This document shows, in pieces, positions 31,643 through 40,857 of a stretch of 64,000 bases of DNA. The position numbers were made by a program, and so were the translations under genes. Under the pieces are notes generated by a model that saw nothing but the letters and a program-made list of their open reading frames with translations, was not told the origin of the DNA and ran no database searches. The stretch comes from an uncultured Verrucomicrobiae bacterium. Lineage in GTDB: Bacteria; Verrucomicrobiota; Verrucomicrobiia; Chthoniobacterales; UBA10450. The stretch covers positions 704,001 through 768,000 of the forward strand of contig CAVTMK010000004.1 in the NCBI GenBank assembly GCA_963735805.1, read 5' to 3'. The first letter of the stretch is position 1. Each line of letters starts with the position of its first letter.

Positions 31643-31825
31643 AATGTAGTTTTCTTTCAGTTTTTGGCCTTTCGTGATTTATCCCTGCCGCGCCGCCCAC
31701 TCACGAAATACTTTCGGAGGAACCCCGCACTCGCGGGACGGAGGTGGTGCCATCGCGTCTCATTTCTGGCCATTTGCTCATTTTCTTAGCAAAACATTCT
31801 GCCAAAAATGCGGATGATGTGTCAA
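31643..31825 (-). promoter_or_regulatory. Conserved promoter plus structured leader, copy 1
   Basis: TTGACA-18nt-CAGAAT, then a ~150-nt block shared with 33288-33471 and 34939-35121. Confidence 0.6.
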
Positions 31826-32080
31826 GAAGAAAAGGTTGAAGAGCGGATATTATAGGTTCCCCGCGACTAGCTAGTTTCCAACTCAGCTACGGGAATCGGT
31901 CGCCCAGTAAAGCATAATCTCACACACCTCGACGGGCCTAACGGCTGTAGCACCACCTGTAGCCTGTCTCGGACGAGTTGTGTGTTAGCGCAATCCAGTT
32001 CAATCGCAACGTGCCGGTAGGCGCCAACACAAATCACCGAAGACGTTCGGGCTATTTGTACAGAAAGGAAATCCAAAAGT

Positions 32081-32111
32081 AAAGGCGTTCGCCGCAGGGG
32101 CGAACGCCTTT
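32081..32111. terminator. GC-rich hairpin downstream of fibre gene 2
   Basis: aaaggcgttcgcc-gcagg-ggcgaacgccttt, near-identical to 30487-30515. Confidence 0.6.
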
Positions 32112-32159
32112 CGAAATTGCCTTGGTGCTTGGCACACAAGGCCACGCTATATAGCAGCT

Positions 32160-33287
32160 TTAGGGTTTGTTTGTAACTACTTGCGGCGCAGGTTTATTGA
32201 CTTCAAGCTGCGCGCTTACCTTTTGGATTTGCCCGGCCTGCTCCTTCAGTTGGGCTGTCAAAACCTCCATCCCCTTCTGTTGCTGCGCGACGGTGGTTTC
32301 CAGGCTCTGCACTTTCTTGTGCTCTTTGAGGAACTCGTTGAGCAACATCGCGTTGACCTGCTCGTAGCGCACGGTCGAGATTTCACCATCCTTGTGCTGC
32401 ACCACGAGGTCGGGATTCACTGTGGCCACCTCCTCGGCGATCAAACCATATTGAGTCCTACCGTTCTTATCGGCGTTGTATTTGAAGGTCACCGGCTTGA
32501 GCGCCAGAATGGCTTCGCTGGCTTTGTCCATCGGTTGAATGTCGTGTTTGAAGCGCCGGGACGACGCGGCGATGCCCACGACGTTAAATTGATCGACAAA
32601 TACTGCTTCTTGGGTGCCGACGTCGCTAACCGGTTGATCGAAAATGCTGCCGATGAAGCAGGTGTTATCGAGGACAGCAAAAGGACCTGCACCAGGTACG
32701 CCGATCGCGATGCAGTTATTGACGCTTGGTCCCAAACCGGTGCCGGCCTCATCACCGATAGCGACGTTAGAATTACCGTCTACGTTGGCATCGAGTGCAT
32801 CATCACCGACCGCTGTGTTAAAGGAGCCCGTTGTGTTGTCAAACATAGCGTCGTCTCCCATCGCATTATTTTGGTCGCCGGTACTGTTCAAAAGCGCGTT
32901 ACGACCATGGGCGTTGTTGAAGGTACCGCTGATATTGTTAAACAGCGCGAAGGCACCGACCGCATTGTTATCCGCACCATCCGCGTTACTTAATAGCGCT
33001 CCGGCGCCAACGGCAGTATTCGTACCGCCATTGTCGAGAAGCAACGCTCCCGCGCCTACAGCAGTGTCAAAATTGGCGTCGCTGAGGCTCAGTGCCGCGT
33101 AAAAACCAAAGGCTGAATTGTAAATGCCACTGGTTATGCTCGCAAGGGCAAGTTGGCCATCGGCCGTGTTGCTTAGGGGGACAGAACCTGGATCTGGCGT
33201 GTCTGTGGCGCTTTGCACTTGCTGGCAAAGCCCAAAGCAGACAAGCGTAGACAGGACCGCCGTAAATATAATCGTCCGACTCTTCAT
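32160..33287 (-). CDS. Secreted tail-fibre-like protein with peptidase S74 intramolecular chaperone domain
   Basis: Signal peptide, NTAVGxxAL repeats, SSRRFKHDIQPM...LKPVTFKY...YGLIAEEV...PDLV...VRYE, coiled coil. Confidence 0.85.
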   Translation of the reverse strand: MKSRTIIFTAVLSTLVCFGLCQQVQSATDTPDPGSVPLSNTADGQLALASITSGIYNSAFGFYAALSLSDANFDTAVGAGALLLDNGGTNTAVGAGALLSNADGADNNAVGAFALFNNISGTFNNAHGRNALLNSTGDQNNAMGDDAMFDNTTGSFNTAVGDDALDANVDGNSNVAIGDEAGTGLGPSVNNCIAIGVPGAGPFAVLDNTCFIGSIFDQPVSDVGTQEAVFVDQFNVVGIAASSRRFKHDIQPMDKASEAILALKPVTFKYNADKNGRTQYGLIAEEVATVNPDLVVQHKDGEISTVRYEQVNAMLLNEFLKEHKKVQSLETTVAQQQKGMEVLTAQLKEQAGQIQKVSAQLEVNKPAPQVVTNKP

Positions 33288-33471
33288 AAGTTAGTTTCTT
33301 TCATTGTTTTTGGCCTTTCCTGAGGTATCCCTGTCGCGCCGCCTACTCGCGAAATACTTTCGGAGGAACCCCGCACCCGCGGGACGAAGGTGGTGCCATC
33401 GCGTCTCATTTGTGGGCCGTTGGCTCATTTTCTTTGCGAGCCTTGTGGCAGAAGCCACGGCACTCTGTCAA
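33288..33471 (-). promoter_or_regulatory. Conserved promoter plus structured leader, copy 2
   Basis: TTGACA at the 5' end; aligned block shared with the other two copies. Confidence 0.6.
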
Positions 33472-33729
33472 GAAGAATAGTTCGAATCCATTAAATGGCA
33501 GGTGGATGCCGCAAGGCGGCGCTCCACGAACCAGAGGGTGGATTCGATAAAAGGCAGGTGAACATCCTTATGAGAGGTCCTTCGGTAGGGATATCACCGG
33601 CTCAGCTTTTGATGTTAAAGGCTATAGAACCAGGCAGTTTCATCGGGAACTTTCCTACTTTCCAGCATTCCCTATTGGATTAGCCCGCTGGCGAATCGCT
33701 CGCTGCTGCCTTTGTCCCACACGGCAAGA

Positions 33730-33762
33730 CTGTGGCCGGGGCCTCTCGGACCCCGGCCACAG
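33730..33762. terminator. Palindromic hairpin downstream of fibre gene 3
   Basis: ctgtggccgggg-cctctcgga-ccccggccacag. Confidence 0.55.
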
Positions 33763-33786
33763 GTAACTTATGACGCTAGCTAAGAT

Positions 33787-34938
33787 TTACGGATTCTTAA
33801 GAACCACTTTCGCCGCTGGCTTACCCACTTCGAGTTGCGCGCTTACTTTCTGGATTTGCGCTCCCTGCTCTTTGAGCTGGGCTGTGAGAACCTCCATTCC
33901 CTTTTGTTGCTGGGCGACGGTTGACTTTAACTCCGCGATAGTCGCTTGTTGTACCTCGACCTTTTTGTGTTCTTTGAGGAACTCGTTGAGCAACATCGAG
34001 TTGATCTGCTCGTAATGGACACTGACGGTTTCACCATCCTTACCGTGTGTCACAAGCTTAGGATCCACCTTCTCAACTTCCTCGGCGATCAACCCATACT
34101 GTGTTGTGCCTTTCCAGTCGCTGTTGAATTTGAAGGTTACTGGCTTGAGGCTATAGATCGTTTCACTGGCCTTGTCCATCGGTTGAATGTCATGTTTGTA
34201 TCGCTGGGACGAGTTGAAGATACCTACCACATTAAATTGATCGACAAATACCGCTGTTTGGGTGCCAGGGTCGCTAACTGGTTCACCGAAGATGCTGCCG
34301 ATGAAACAGGTGTTATCGAGAACAGCAAAAGGACCGGCCCCAGGTGCGCCGATCGCGATGCAGTTGTTGACGCTTGCCCCCAAACCGGTGCCGGCCTCGT
34401 CACCGACAGCTACGTTGAAACTACCGTCTACGTTATTACGGAGCGCGTCATCACCAATGGCAGTGTTACTGGCACCCGATGTGTTGTTTTCCATGGCAAG
34501 ATCACCGAACGCATTATTTTCACTGCCGTCTACGTTCAAGAATAGCGCTTCGCGTCCGTGGGCATTGTTGAAGGTTCCGGTGGTATTGCTGAACAGTCCG
34601 AAAGCGCCACACACATTGTTATCTGACCCGGTGCTGTTACTAAGCAGCGCCCCCGCGCCAACGGCTGTATTCGTGCCAGAAGTGTCGAGAAGCAACGCTC
34701 CCGCGCCTACAGCAGTGTCAAAGCTAGCATCGCTGAGGCTCAGTGCCGCGTAAAAGCCAAAGGCTGAATTGTAAATGCCAGTGGTTATGCTCGCAAGGGC
34801 GAGTTGCCCGTCGGCCGTGTTGCTTAGGGGGACAGAACCTGGATCTGGCGTGTCTGTGGCGCTTTGCACTTGCTGGCAAAGCCCAAAGCAGACAAGCGCG
34901 GATAGGACCGTCGTAAATATGATTCTCCGACTTTTCAT
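33787..34938 (-). CDS. Secreted tail-fibre-like protein with peptidase S74 domain
   Basis: Signal peptide, beta-roll repeats, SSQRYKHDIQPM...LKPVTFKF...YGLIAEEV, coiled coil. Confidence 0.85.
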   Translation of the reverse strand: MKSRRIIFTTVLSALVCFGLCQQVQSATDTPDPGSVPLSNTADGQLALASITTGIYNSAFGFYAALSLSDASFDTAVGAGALLLDTSGTNTAVGAGALLSNSTGSDNNVCGAFGLFSNTTGTFNNAHGREALFLNVDGSENNAFGDLAMENNTSGASNTAIGDDALRNNVDGSFNVAVGDEAGTGLGASVNNCIAIGAPGAGPFAVLDNTCFIGSIFGEPVSDPGTQTAVFVDQFNVVGIFNSSQRYKHDIQPMDKASETIYSLKPVTFKFNSDWKGTTQYGLIAEEVEKVDPKLVTHGKDGETVSVHYEQINSMLLNEFLKEHKKVEVQQATIAELKSTVAQQQKGMEVLTAQLKEQGAQIQKVSAQLEVGKPAAKVVLKNP

Positions 34939-35121
34939 TAGTTAGTTTCTTTCATTGTTTTTGGCCTTTCCTGAGATATCCCTGCCGCGCCGCCTCCTCG
35001 CGAAATACTTTCGGAGTAGCCCCGCACCCGCAGGGCGAAGGCGACACCATTACGTCTCATTTCTGGCCGTTTGTTCATTTCGTTCGCGGGCGTTTTGTCA
35101 GAAATGCAGCTCGAATGTCAA
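34939..35121 (-). promoter_or_regulatory. Conserved promoter plus structured leader, copy 3
   Basis: TTGACA at the 5' end; aligned block with substitutions in stems. Confidence 0.6.
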
Positions 35122-35406
35122 CCCCTAAACATGACAAACTTGTAATTGTGTTTTGGTACGGACGGCGCTGCGCAACCCAACAACTGCCCTGAGTTGCCCA
35201 AAAGTGCCCGGCACGGTCGCCTCCATCAGCGCCGGAATAGCGTTACAGAGGTTTTCTTCGCTCTCAGGGAGCACCGGAGGCCTTTAGCGGCTGAGCGAAG
35301 CTGTAATGGTAAAGTGACCACGTTGGCCTTACAAAGCAGCTTCATGGACTACCTAGGGGCTAACTTTCCTGCTTTCCTGCGTTCTTGATTCGCCTAATTT
35401 CCTCTC

Positions 35407-36450
35407 GTGCAGAAAATGATGAAGGCCATCGTCAAAGCCAAAGCCGAGCCGGGATTGTGGCTCGAAGACGTTCCTATCCCTGAAGTCCGTGGCGGCGACG
35501 TGCTCATTCGTGTCTTGAAAGCGTCGATCTGCGGAACCGATGTTCACATTTACAACTGGGACGCGTGGGCGCAGAAAACGATTCCTGTGCCGATGACTAT
35601 CGGCCACGAGTTCGTGGGCGTTGTCGATGACGTGGGCGATCACGTGAGAGGATTTGCTAAGGGTGACGTCGTAGTAGGCGAGGGGCATATCACATGCGGA
35701 CATTGTCGTAATTGCCTGGCGGGACGGCGTCATCTTTGCCCCAATACGCAGGGCGTGGGCGTGAATCGTCCCGGCGCGTGGGCGGAATTTGTGGCGATTC
35801 CTCAAGACAATTGCTGGCATGCGGATCCATCGATCCCGCTGGATGTGCTTTCCTGTTTCGATCCGTTAGGTAACGCGGTGCACACCGCGCTCTCGTTCGA
35901 TTTGGTCGGCGAAGATGTGCTTATCACTGGCGCCGGACCGATCGGCTGCATGGCCATTCCGATCTGCAAACGCGCCGGGGCGCGTCACGTCGTGATTACC
36001 GATGTGAATCCGTATCGTCTCGATCTTGCCAGAAAGATGGGCGTTGACGTTGCGCTGGACGTACGCACCGAAAAAGTCAGTGAAGCGACGCAAACGCTCG
36101 GCATGAAGGAAGGGTTCGACGTTGCACTGGAGATGTCCGGCAATCCGAAAGCATTCGCGGATATTCTGCCAAACATGTTTCACGGCGGGAAAATCGCGCT
36201 GCTCGGGATCATGCCTGGGAGTGCCGCAATTGATTGGAACCTGGTGGTCTTCAATCAGCTGACCATCAGAGGGATTTATGGCAGGGAAATGTATGAAACC
36301 TGGTACAAAATGACCGCCATGATCCAGTCCGGCCTCGACATCTCGCCGGTGATCACGCACCGCTTCCCCTACACGAAGTTCAAGGAAGCCATCGACCTGA
36401 TGAAGTCCGGCAACTCCGGCAAAATTGTTCTCAATTGGGGCGAACGCTGA
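35407..36450 (+). CDS. tdh: L-threonine 3-dehydrogenase
   Basis: [25 protein letters not shown]...[35 protein letters not shown]. Confidence 0.96.
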   Translation: MQKMMKAIVKAKAEPGLWLEDVPIPEVRGGDVLIRVLKASICGTDVHIYNWDAWAQKTIPVPMTIGHEFVGVVDDVGDHVRGFAKGDVVVGEGHITCGHCRNCLAGRRHLCPNTQGVGVNRPGAWAEFVAIPQDNCWHADPSIPLDVLSCFDPLGNAVHTALSFDLVGEDVLITGAGPIGCMAIPICKRAGARHVVITDVNPYRLDLARKMGVDVALDVRTEKVSEATQTLGMKEGFDVALEMSGNPKAFADILPNMFHGGKIALLGIMPGSAAIDWNLVVFNQLTIRGIYGREMYETWYKMTAMIQSGLDISPVITHRFPYTKFKEAIDLMKSGNSGKIVLNWGER

Positions 36451-36513
36451 ACATCAGCCGCGGATCGCGCAGCTTTTACCTTCCGATACTTCTGCTCGGC
36501 CAGTCGGAATGTG

Positions 36514-37257
36514 CTATCGGAGTGACGCCGCTTCGTTATGCCGGCCCTCAAGCTCAAGCACCATCCGCTTGATGTGCCTGTAATCCTGATGGCGGCGGAG
36601 GAACTGCAAACTTTCCTGTGGATCGCCCCATTGCATGATCTCGATTGTCTCCTGACGTGCGCCCCAGGAATTCATTTCATGTTGATTCGGCATGTAGAGA
36701 TCGATCGTGTTGCGGCCGGCGAGAGCCCAGCCGTAATCGTCTACACGATAAATCTGACTGGTCGATAACAGGCGAAAGGTTGTTCCCGCCGGCCAACGCG
36801 ACCAATCAGCGGCAGCGCTGCCGATCCGCGGTTTAGAGACGATAACGGCGCGCCTGACGGTCCGAGTCGCGTTCGTTCCGCGTTTCGCCGTCCGGGTGAC
36901 CGTTCGCGTTTCTTCCATTGAGAATGGTTGAAGGCGCGGCGAAGCAGCATCGTCCACCGGCACGGCGCGAGGAGCATCATCGACGGGAATGGCGCGCCGC
37001 GTTACTTCGGCTCGGTGGATGGGCGGGCCGGCCGCCTGTAACTCTCCGCCCAAGGCGTTATGATTACCGTATTCGAGATGGTCTGACTCAGTGTGCGTGT
37101 ACGCTGTGGTGCGCACATGTTGAAAGTCCGTTTTGGCTAGTGGGGGTTCATAAGCCGGAAGTGCATGATGGCTCGTTCCGCAGGCGCTGAGGAGAACGAT
37201 GGCGATAAACGCCGCTAGAATAGCCCAGGCAAGATTACGACGGTCAGCGTAGGTCAA
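36514..37257 (-). CDS. 3D-domain (MltA-like) lipoprotein, putative cell-wall hydrolase
   Basis: Lipobox LSAC; VRTTAY, SAAADWSRWPAGT, VDDYG...IDLY. Confidence 0.75.
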   Translation of the reverse strand: MTYADRRNLAWAILAAFIAIVLLSACGTSHHALPAYEPPLAKTDFQHVRTTAYTHTESDHLEYGNHNALGGELQAAGPPIHRAEVTRRAIPVDDAPRAVPVDDAASPRLQPFSMEETRTVTRTAKRGTNATRTVRRAVIVSKPRIGSAAADWSRWPAGTTFRLLSTSQIYRVDDYGWALAGRNTIDLYMPNQHEMNSWGARQETIEIMQWGDPQESLQFLRRHQDYRHIKRMVLELEGRHNEAASLR

Positions 37258-37275
37258 GGCAAACCACCGGCAAAC

Positions 37276-37294
37276 TTATTAACAGTTATTCACA
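37276..37294 (+). promoter_or_regulatory. Two tandem DnaA-box-like 9-mers
   Basis: TTATTAACA-G-TTATTCACA compared with consensus TTWTNCACA. Confidence 0.35.
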
Positions 37295-37446
37295 GGACCG
37301 CAAGCCATTTTTTACGCATGTTGCAGCCGTCTCTCTGTGAAGGCGCTCGATGCGCTAACGACCCACACGCGGCGCCGCGCAGCGGGTCTGCGTGTTTCAG
37401 ATTGGATTTTGTCTCTGCGTCTAAATCCGCGTAATCTGTGGACTCT

Positions 37447-38634
37447 ATGGTTTCCGAATTCGAAAATCAGGTAGCTCAAACTCTCGAAGAGATTAAGTCG
37501 CAAAATCTTTTCAAAACCGAGCGCATCATCACCAGCCCGCAGGATGCGCACATTGCGATCACGGGCGGGAAGCGCGTGCTCAACATGTGTGCGAACAATT
37601 ATCTCGGGCTTGCCGATCATCCCGCGCTGATCGCTGCGGCCAAAGAGGCGCTCGACACCCACGGCTTTGGGATGGCCAGTGTGCGTTTCATTTGTGGCAC
37701 ACAGGATATTCACAAGGAGCTCGAAGCGGCGCTTACCAAATTCCTCGGGACCGAAGATACAATTCTTTATCCGTCATGTTTCGACGCAAATGGCGGCTTG
37801 TTCGAGACGTTGCTTACGGAGAAAGACGCGGTGATCAGCGACGAATTGAATCACGCCAGCATCATCGACGGCATCCGGCTCTGCAAAGCGCAACGCTTTC
37901 GTTACAAGCACGACGACATGGCCGATCTCGAAGCGCAACTCCGTGCTGCAAAGGATGCGCGCTTCCGATTAATCGCCACCGACGGCTGTTTCTCGATGGA
38001 CGGGACCATTGCTGATCTCAAGTCGATTGTTGAGCTCGCAGAAAAATACAATGCGCTGACGATGATGGATGACGCGCACGCAACTGGATTCCTCGGCAAG
38101 ACGGGGAGGGGCACACACGAATATCGCGGCGTGATGGGCAAGATCGATATTATTACGGGCACACTTGGCAAAGCGCTCGGCGGAGCCAGCGGCGGTTTTA
38201 CCAGCGGGCGCAGGAAGATTGTCGATCTTTTGCGGCAACGCTCACGGCCCTATTTGTTTTCCAATACAATTGCACCACCGGTGGTCGCCGCGTCGCTGAA
38301 GGCGCTCGAACTGCTCAGTGCGTCGACCGAACTGCGCGACAAGCTTGAAGAGAACACAAAATATTTTCGTGCCGCGTTGACCGAGCGTGGCCTGACGATA
38401 AAGCCGGGAGTTCATCCTATTGTCCCAATTATGATTGGCGACGCCGCCAAATCACAAAAGTTCGCTGCTCGAATGCTTGAGAAAGGCGTTTATGTCATCG
38501 GGTTTTTCTACCCGGTCGTTCCGCATGGCACCGCGCGTGTCCGTACACAGGTTTCGGCAGCGCATTCGCGCAAAGATTTGGAATTTGCTGTCAACGCTTT
38601 CGCGGAAACTAACGAGGAACTCAAAGAGGGGTAA
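37447..38634 (+). CDS. kbl: Glycine C-acetyltransferase (2-amino-3-ketobutyrate CoA ligase)
   Basis: [61 protein letters not shown]. Confidence 0.96.
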   Translation: MVSEFENQVAQTLEEIKSQNLFKTERIITSPQDAHIAITGGKRVLNMCANNYLGLADHPALIAAAKEALDTHGFGMASVRFICGTQDIHKELEAALTKFLGTEDTILYPSCFDANGGLFETLLTEKDAVISDELNHASIIDGIRLCKAQRFRYKHDDMADLEAQLRAAKDARFRLIATDGCFSMDGTIADLKSIVELAEKYNALTMMDDAHATGFLGKTGRGTHEYRGVMGKIDIITGTLGKALGGASGGFTSGRRKIVDLLRQRSRPYLFSNTIAPPVVAASLKALELLSASTELRDKLEENTKYFRAALTERGLTIKPGVHPIVPIMIGDAAKSQKFAARMLEKGVYVIGFFYPVVPHGTARVRTQVSAAHSRKDLEFAVNAFAETNEELKEG

Positions 38635-38649
38635 ACGTCCGAGCTTCAA

Positions 38650-38766
38650 AAAGGTGGATCGGCTTCTCTGAAGACGATGCCATCAAGTAACCGGCGAAGG
38701 CGCAGATATCAGCGGCGAAGCCGGCAGCCGTTAGCCAACGCGTTGAGGACAACGCGTTCCACCTTT
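38650..38766. repeat. Palindromic intergenic element
   Basis: Terminal inverted aaaggtgga/tccaccttt, internal hairpin aacgcgttg..caacgcgtt; ggcttctc..gaagacgatg segment recurs near 29581. Confidence 0.5.
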
Positions 38767-38995
38767 ACCCGTGGTTCCCATCACTTTTTTGTACTACCAC
38801 AATAGCCTTGCGCGCCGCGGGCCGTTTTTTCTACCCTCCGTCGCGACCGTAAATGTTCGGTTTCGAATGAAATCGGGCAACTTTAGGCGGTAAAAACCGG
38901 AGAAATACTTTGATGCCGTTTGAGGGCGGGAAAATCCCTGTGTCTATAGAGGTCAGTGGTCCATTGAACAATTCCTCTGAAAGGAGTGGACTGTT

Positions 38996-39847
38996 TTGAA
39001 CCACGTCCAAGGCGTCGACCTCAGTGCTGCGGTCCCAAAAGCGTCTGCGTTCGGTTCCGGCCTTGGGGGATTCTGGGAGAAACCGCGACGATCCACTGCG
39101 ATCACGCTCGCTGCCATTGCCGGCATGCTTTTCATTGGATTTTTGACGGTGGTGCTTTCCGGGCGAGCAGCGGTCCTGGTCCTGGATCATCCGTCGCTGC
39201 ACTTCTTTTATCCCTTCACGATTCAAAACATTATGCACGTGATCTTTTTCGTCGCATTGGGCGAACTCTTCGTTCGATGGCGGACGGCGGTGCGAGAAAA
39301 GAATTTTCTGAAAGCGCATTTTCTTCCAGAGGACGACCGGACAGTTTTGGTCTCACACGATCTCGGCCCGATCCGCCGGCAAGTGGCCAATTTATTCGAT
39401 CACGAAAACGGCTTCTTGCCGTCGTTGATTAATCTGGCGATCCTTCAGTTCCAATCGAGCTCGTCGGTCGAACAAGCTGCCGGCGTCATGAGTCAGCAGT
39501 TGGAGTTGATGGCGAATCGCCTCGATTTGCGTTACGGCTTGGTGCGCTTTATCGCCTGGGTGGTTCCCACGCTCGGATTTATCGGCACCGTGTATTCTTT
39601 GGGAGCATCGCTGTCTTCGGCGGGCGATCCGAGCAAGGCGCTCGACCTGCACGAGGTCGCTAAGACACTGGGCGTCGGCTTTGACTGCACCATGGTGGCA
39701 CTCGTGGAAAGCGCCATTCTGGTGTTCCTGCTGCATCTTGTGCAGGAACGTGAAGAATCGGCTTTGAACGGAGCCGGTGACTACACTCTGCGAAACTTGA
39801 TCAATCGCCTCTACGCCGCGCCGGCGGAAGAGAAAGAGAACGAATGA
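38996..39847 (+). CDS. MotA/TolQ/ExbB proton-channel family protein
   Basis: PTLGFIGTV and LGVGFDCTMVAL TM motifs; extra N-terminal TM segments. Confidence 0.8.
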   Translation: MNHVQGVDLSAAVPKASAFGSGLGGFWEKPRRSTAITLAAIAGMLFIGFLTVVLSGRAAVLVLDHPSLHFFYPFTIQNIMHVIFFVALGELFVRWRTAVREKNFLKAHFLPEDDRTVLVSHDLGPIRRQVANLFDHENGFLPSLINLAILQFQSSSSVEQAAGVMSQQLELMANRLDLRYGLVRFIAWVVPTLGFIGTVYSLGASLSSAGDPSKALDLHEVAKTLGVGFDCTMVALVESAILVFLLHLVQEREESALNGAGDYTLRNLINRLYAAPAEEKENE

Positions 39848-40857
39848 GAGCGCGATCGCGTGAGATCAACATCTTTAATATGTCGCTGCTCGACATTTTG
39901 TGCGGCGCTCTTGGAGCGTTTTGCTTCATGATGCTGGTGCTTCTGCCGTATTACAAACCACCCGGTAAAGAGACCGATCTTCACAAGCAGGAAGTCAAAA
40001 CGCAGGATTTGCTCGACGAACTGAACAAACTCCGCGCACAGGCACAGGATTCAGCGATTGCGCAACAAATGACGCAGTTAGTACAAAAATTGCAGGACCA
40101 GTTAAAGCAGATGCAAGGGCAGCTCAATCAGATGGCAGCAGAAAACGACCAACTGAAGAGCCAGAACGAGAATCTGTCGGCAAAGAGCGAAAAGCAAGCG
40201 CGCCAGCTTGACATGCGCCATCCGTTCCTTCTGTCGGTGGCGAGTTATCCTCCACAGGAGCTGGATATGTATCTGGAGAGTGACAGCATCACCGAAAAAA
40301 ACCAATCAAATCCGGCGTTTGATCCCAGCAAGGCGCACCAGCCAACTTTCTTCAACGGCGATGTCGCTGGTTGGTGGGGAGCCAGCGGCGTCACGACTTG
40401 GATGACTCGAGACGCACCAGCTTCCTCGCGTTACAAACTTTATGTGAAGGTCGCACCACCCGCTAACCCATCCAGTTCTCCTGCGACAACAACGGTAAAG
40501 GGCCTGGCATTTAGCGATGCTTGGAGCCTGACCTTGCCGGATGTGACGTTGACCCCGGCGCGATTCTGGACCCTCGTAGGCACCTTTTCAGTAACGAAGG
40601 AAGGAAAACCGGCGTTTCAGGAAGCGACGCAAGCCGAACGCGACGCTGAGTGGAGTAAGTTATCGAAATCGTCTCCGCCGCCGCTGGCCAAACCGACGAC
40701 GACACCAGGGCCGGCGATGCCTTTCCCAGTCCAAACAGTGCAGCCCAGTACAGCGCCGCTCTCGCCTGAAGAGAGGCGCACACTCTTGGAAAAACTAGAA
40801 AAGCAGCGCCGGGAGCAATACACCCCGGCTGGAGCAACACCTTCACGATCGCCATGA
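39844..40857 (+). CDS. ExbD/MotB-like single-TM partner with coiled coil and exported domain
   Basis: INIFNMSLLDILCGALGAF (Asp at TM start), long Q-rich coiled coil, Pro-rich tail; ATGA overlap. Confidence 0.6.
   Translation: MRARSREINIFNMSLLDILCGALGAFCFMMLVLLPYYKPPGKETDLHKQEVKTQDLLDELNKLRAQAQDSAIAQQMTQLVQKLQDQLKQMQGQLNQMAAENDQLKSQNENLSAKSEKQARQLDMRHPFLLSVASYPPQELDMYLESDSITEKNQSNPAFDPSKAHQPTFFNGDVAGWWGASGVTTWMTRDAPASSRYKLYVKVAPPANPSSSPATTTVKGLAFSDAWSLTLPDVTLTPARFWTLVGTFSVTKEGKPAFQEATQAERDAEWSKLSKSSPPPLAKPTTTPGPAMPFPVQTVQPSTAPLSPEERRTLLEKLEKQRREQYTPAGATPSRSP

Noticed and set aside
31740..31790. c-di-GMP-I riboswitch in the fibre leader (GCAAA...GAAA...GACGC)
   Set aside because: The stem around GAAA is only 2-3 bp, GCAAA and GAAA are not conserved in all three copies, and the downstream consensus is absent; kept as an unknown motif
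32181..34753. Long plus-strand ORFs (32181-32993, 33946-34545, 34262-34753) and the many other antisense ORFs in the track
   Set aside because: Shadow frames of real genes in GC-rich DNA, with no recognisable motifs
30563..34938. Prophage tail region or diversity-generating retroelement
   Set aside because: No capsid, terminase, integrase or reverse transcriptase; the genes have signal peptides and their differences are not adenine-specific
35240..35310. Glycine riboswitch upstream of tdh (ctctcagg, caccggagg)
   Set aside because: Fragments are too close together and lack the GGAGA stem and aptamer architecture; only a generic cttcgctc/gagcgaag hairpin is visible
37447..38634. bioF (8-amino-7-oxononanoate synthase)
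   Set aside because: [11 protein letters not shown] and [11 protein letters not shown] are Kbl-type motifs, and tdh is adjacent
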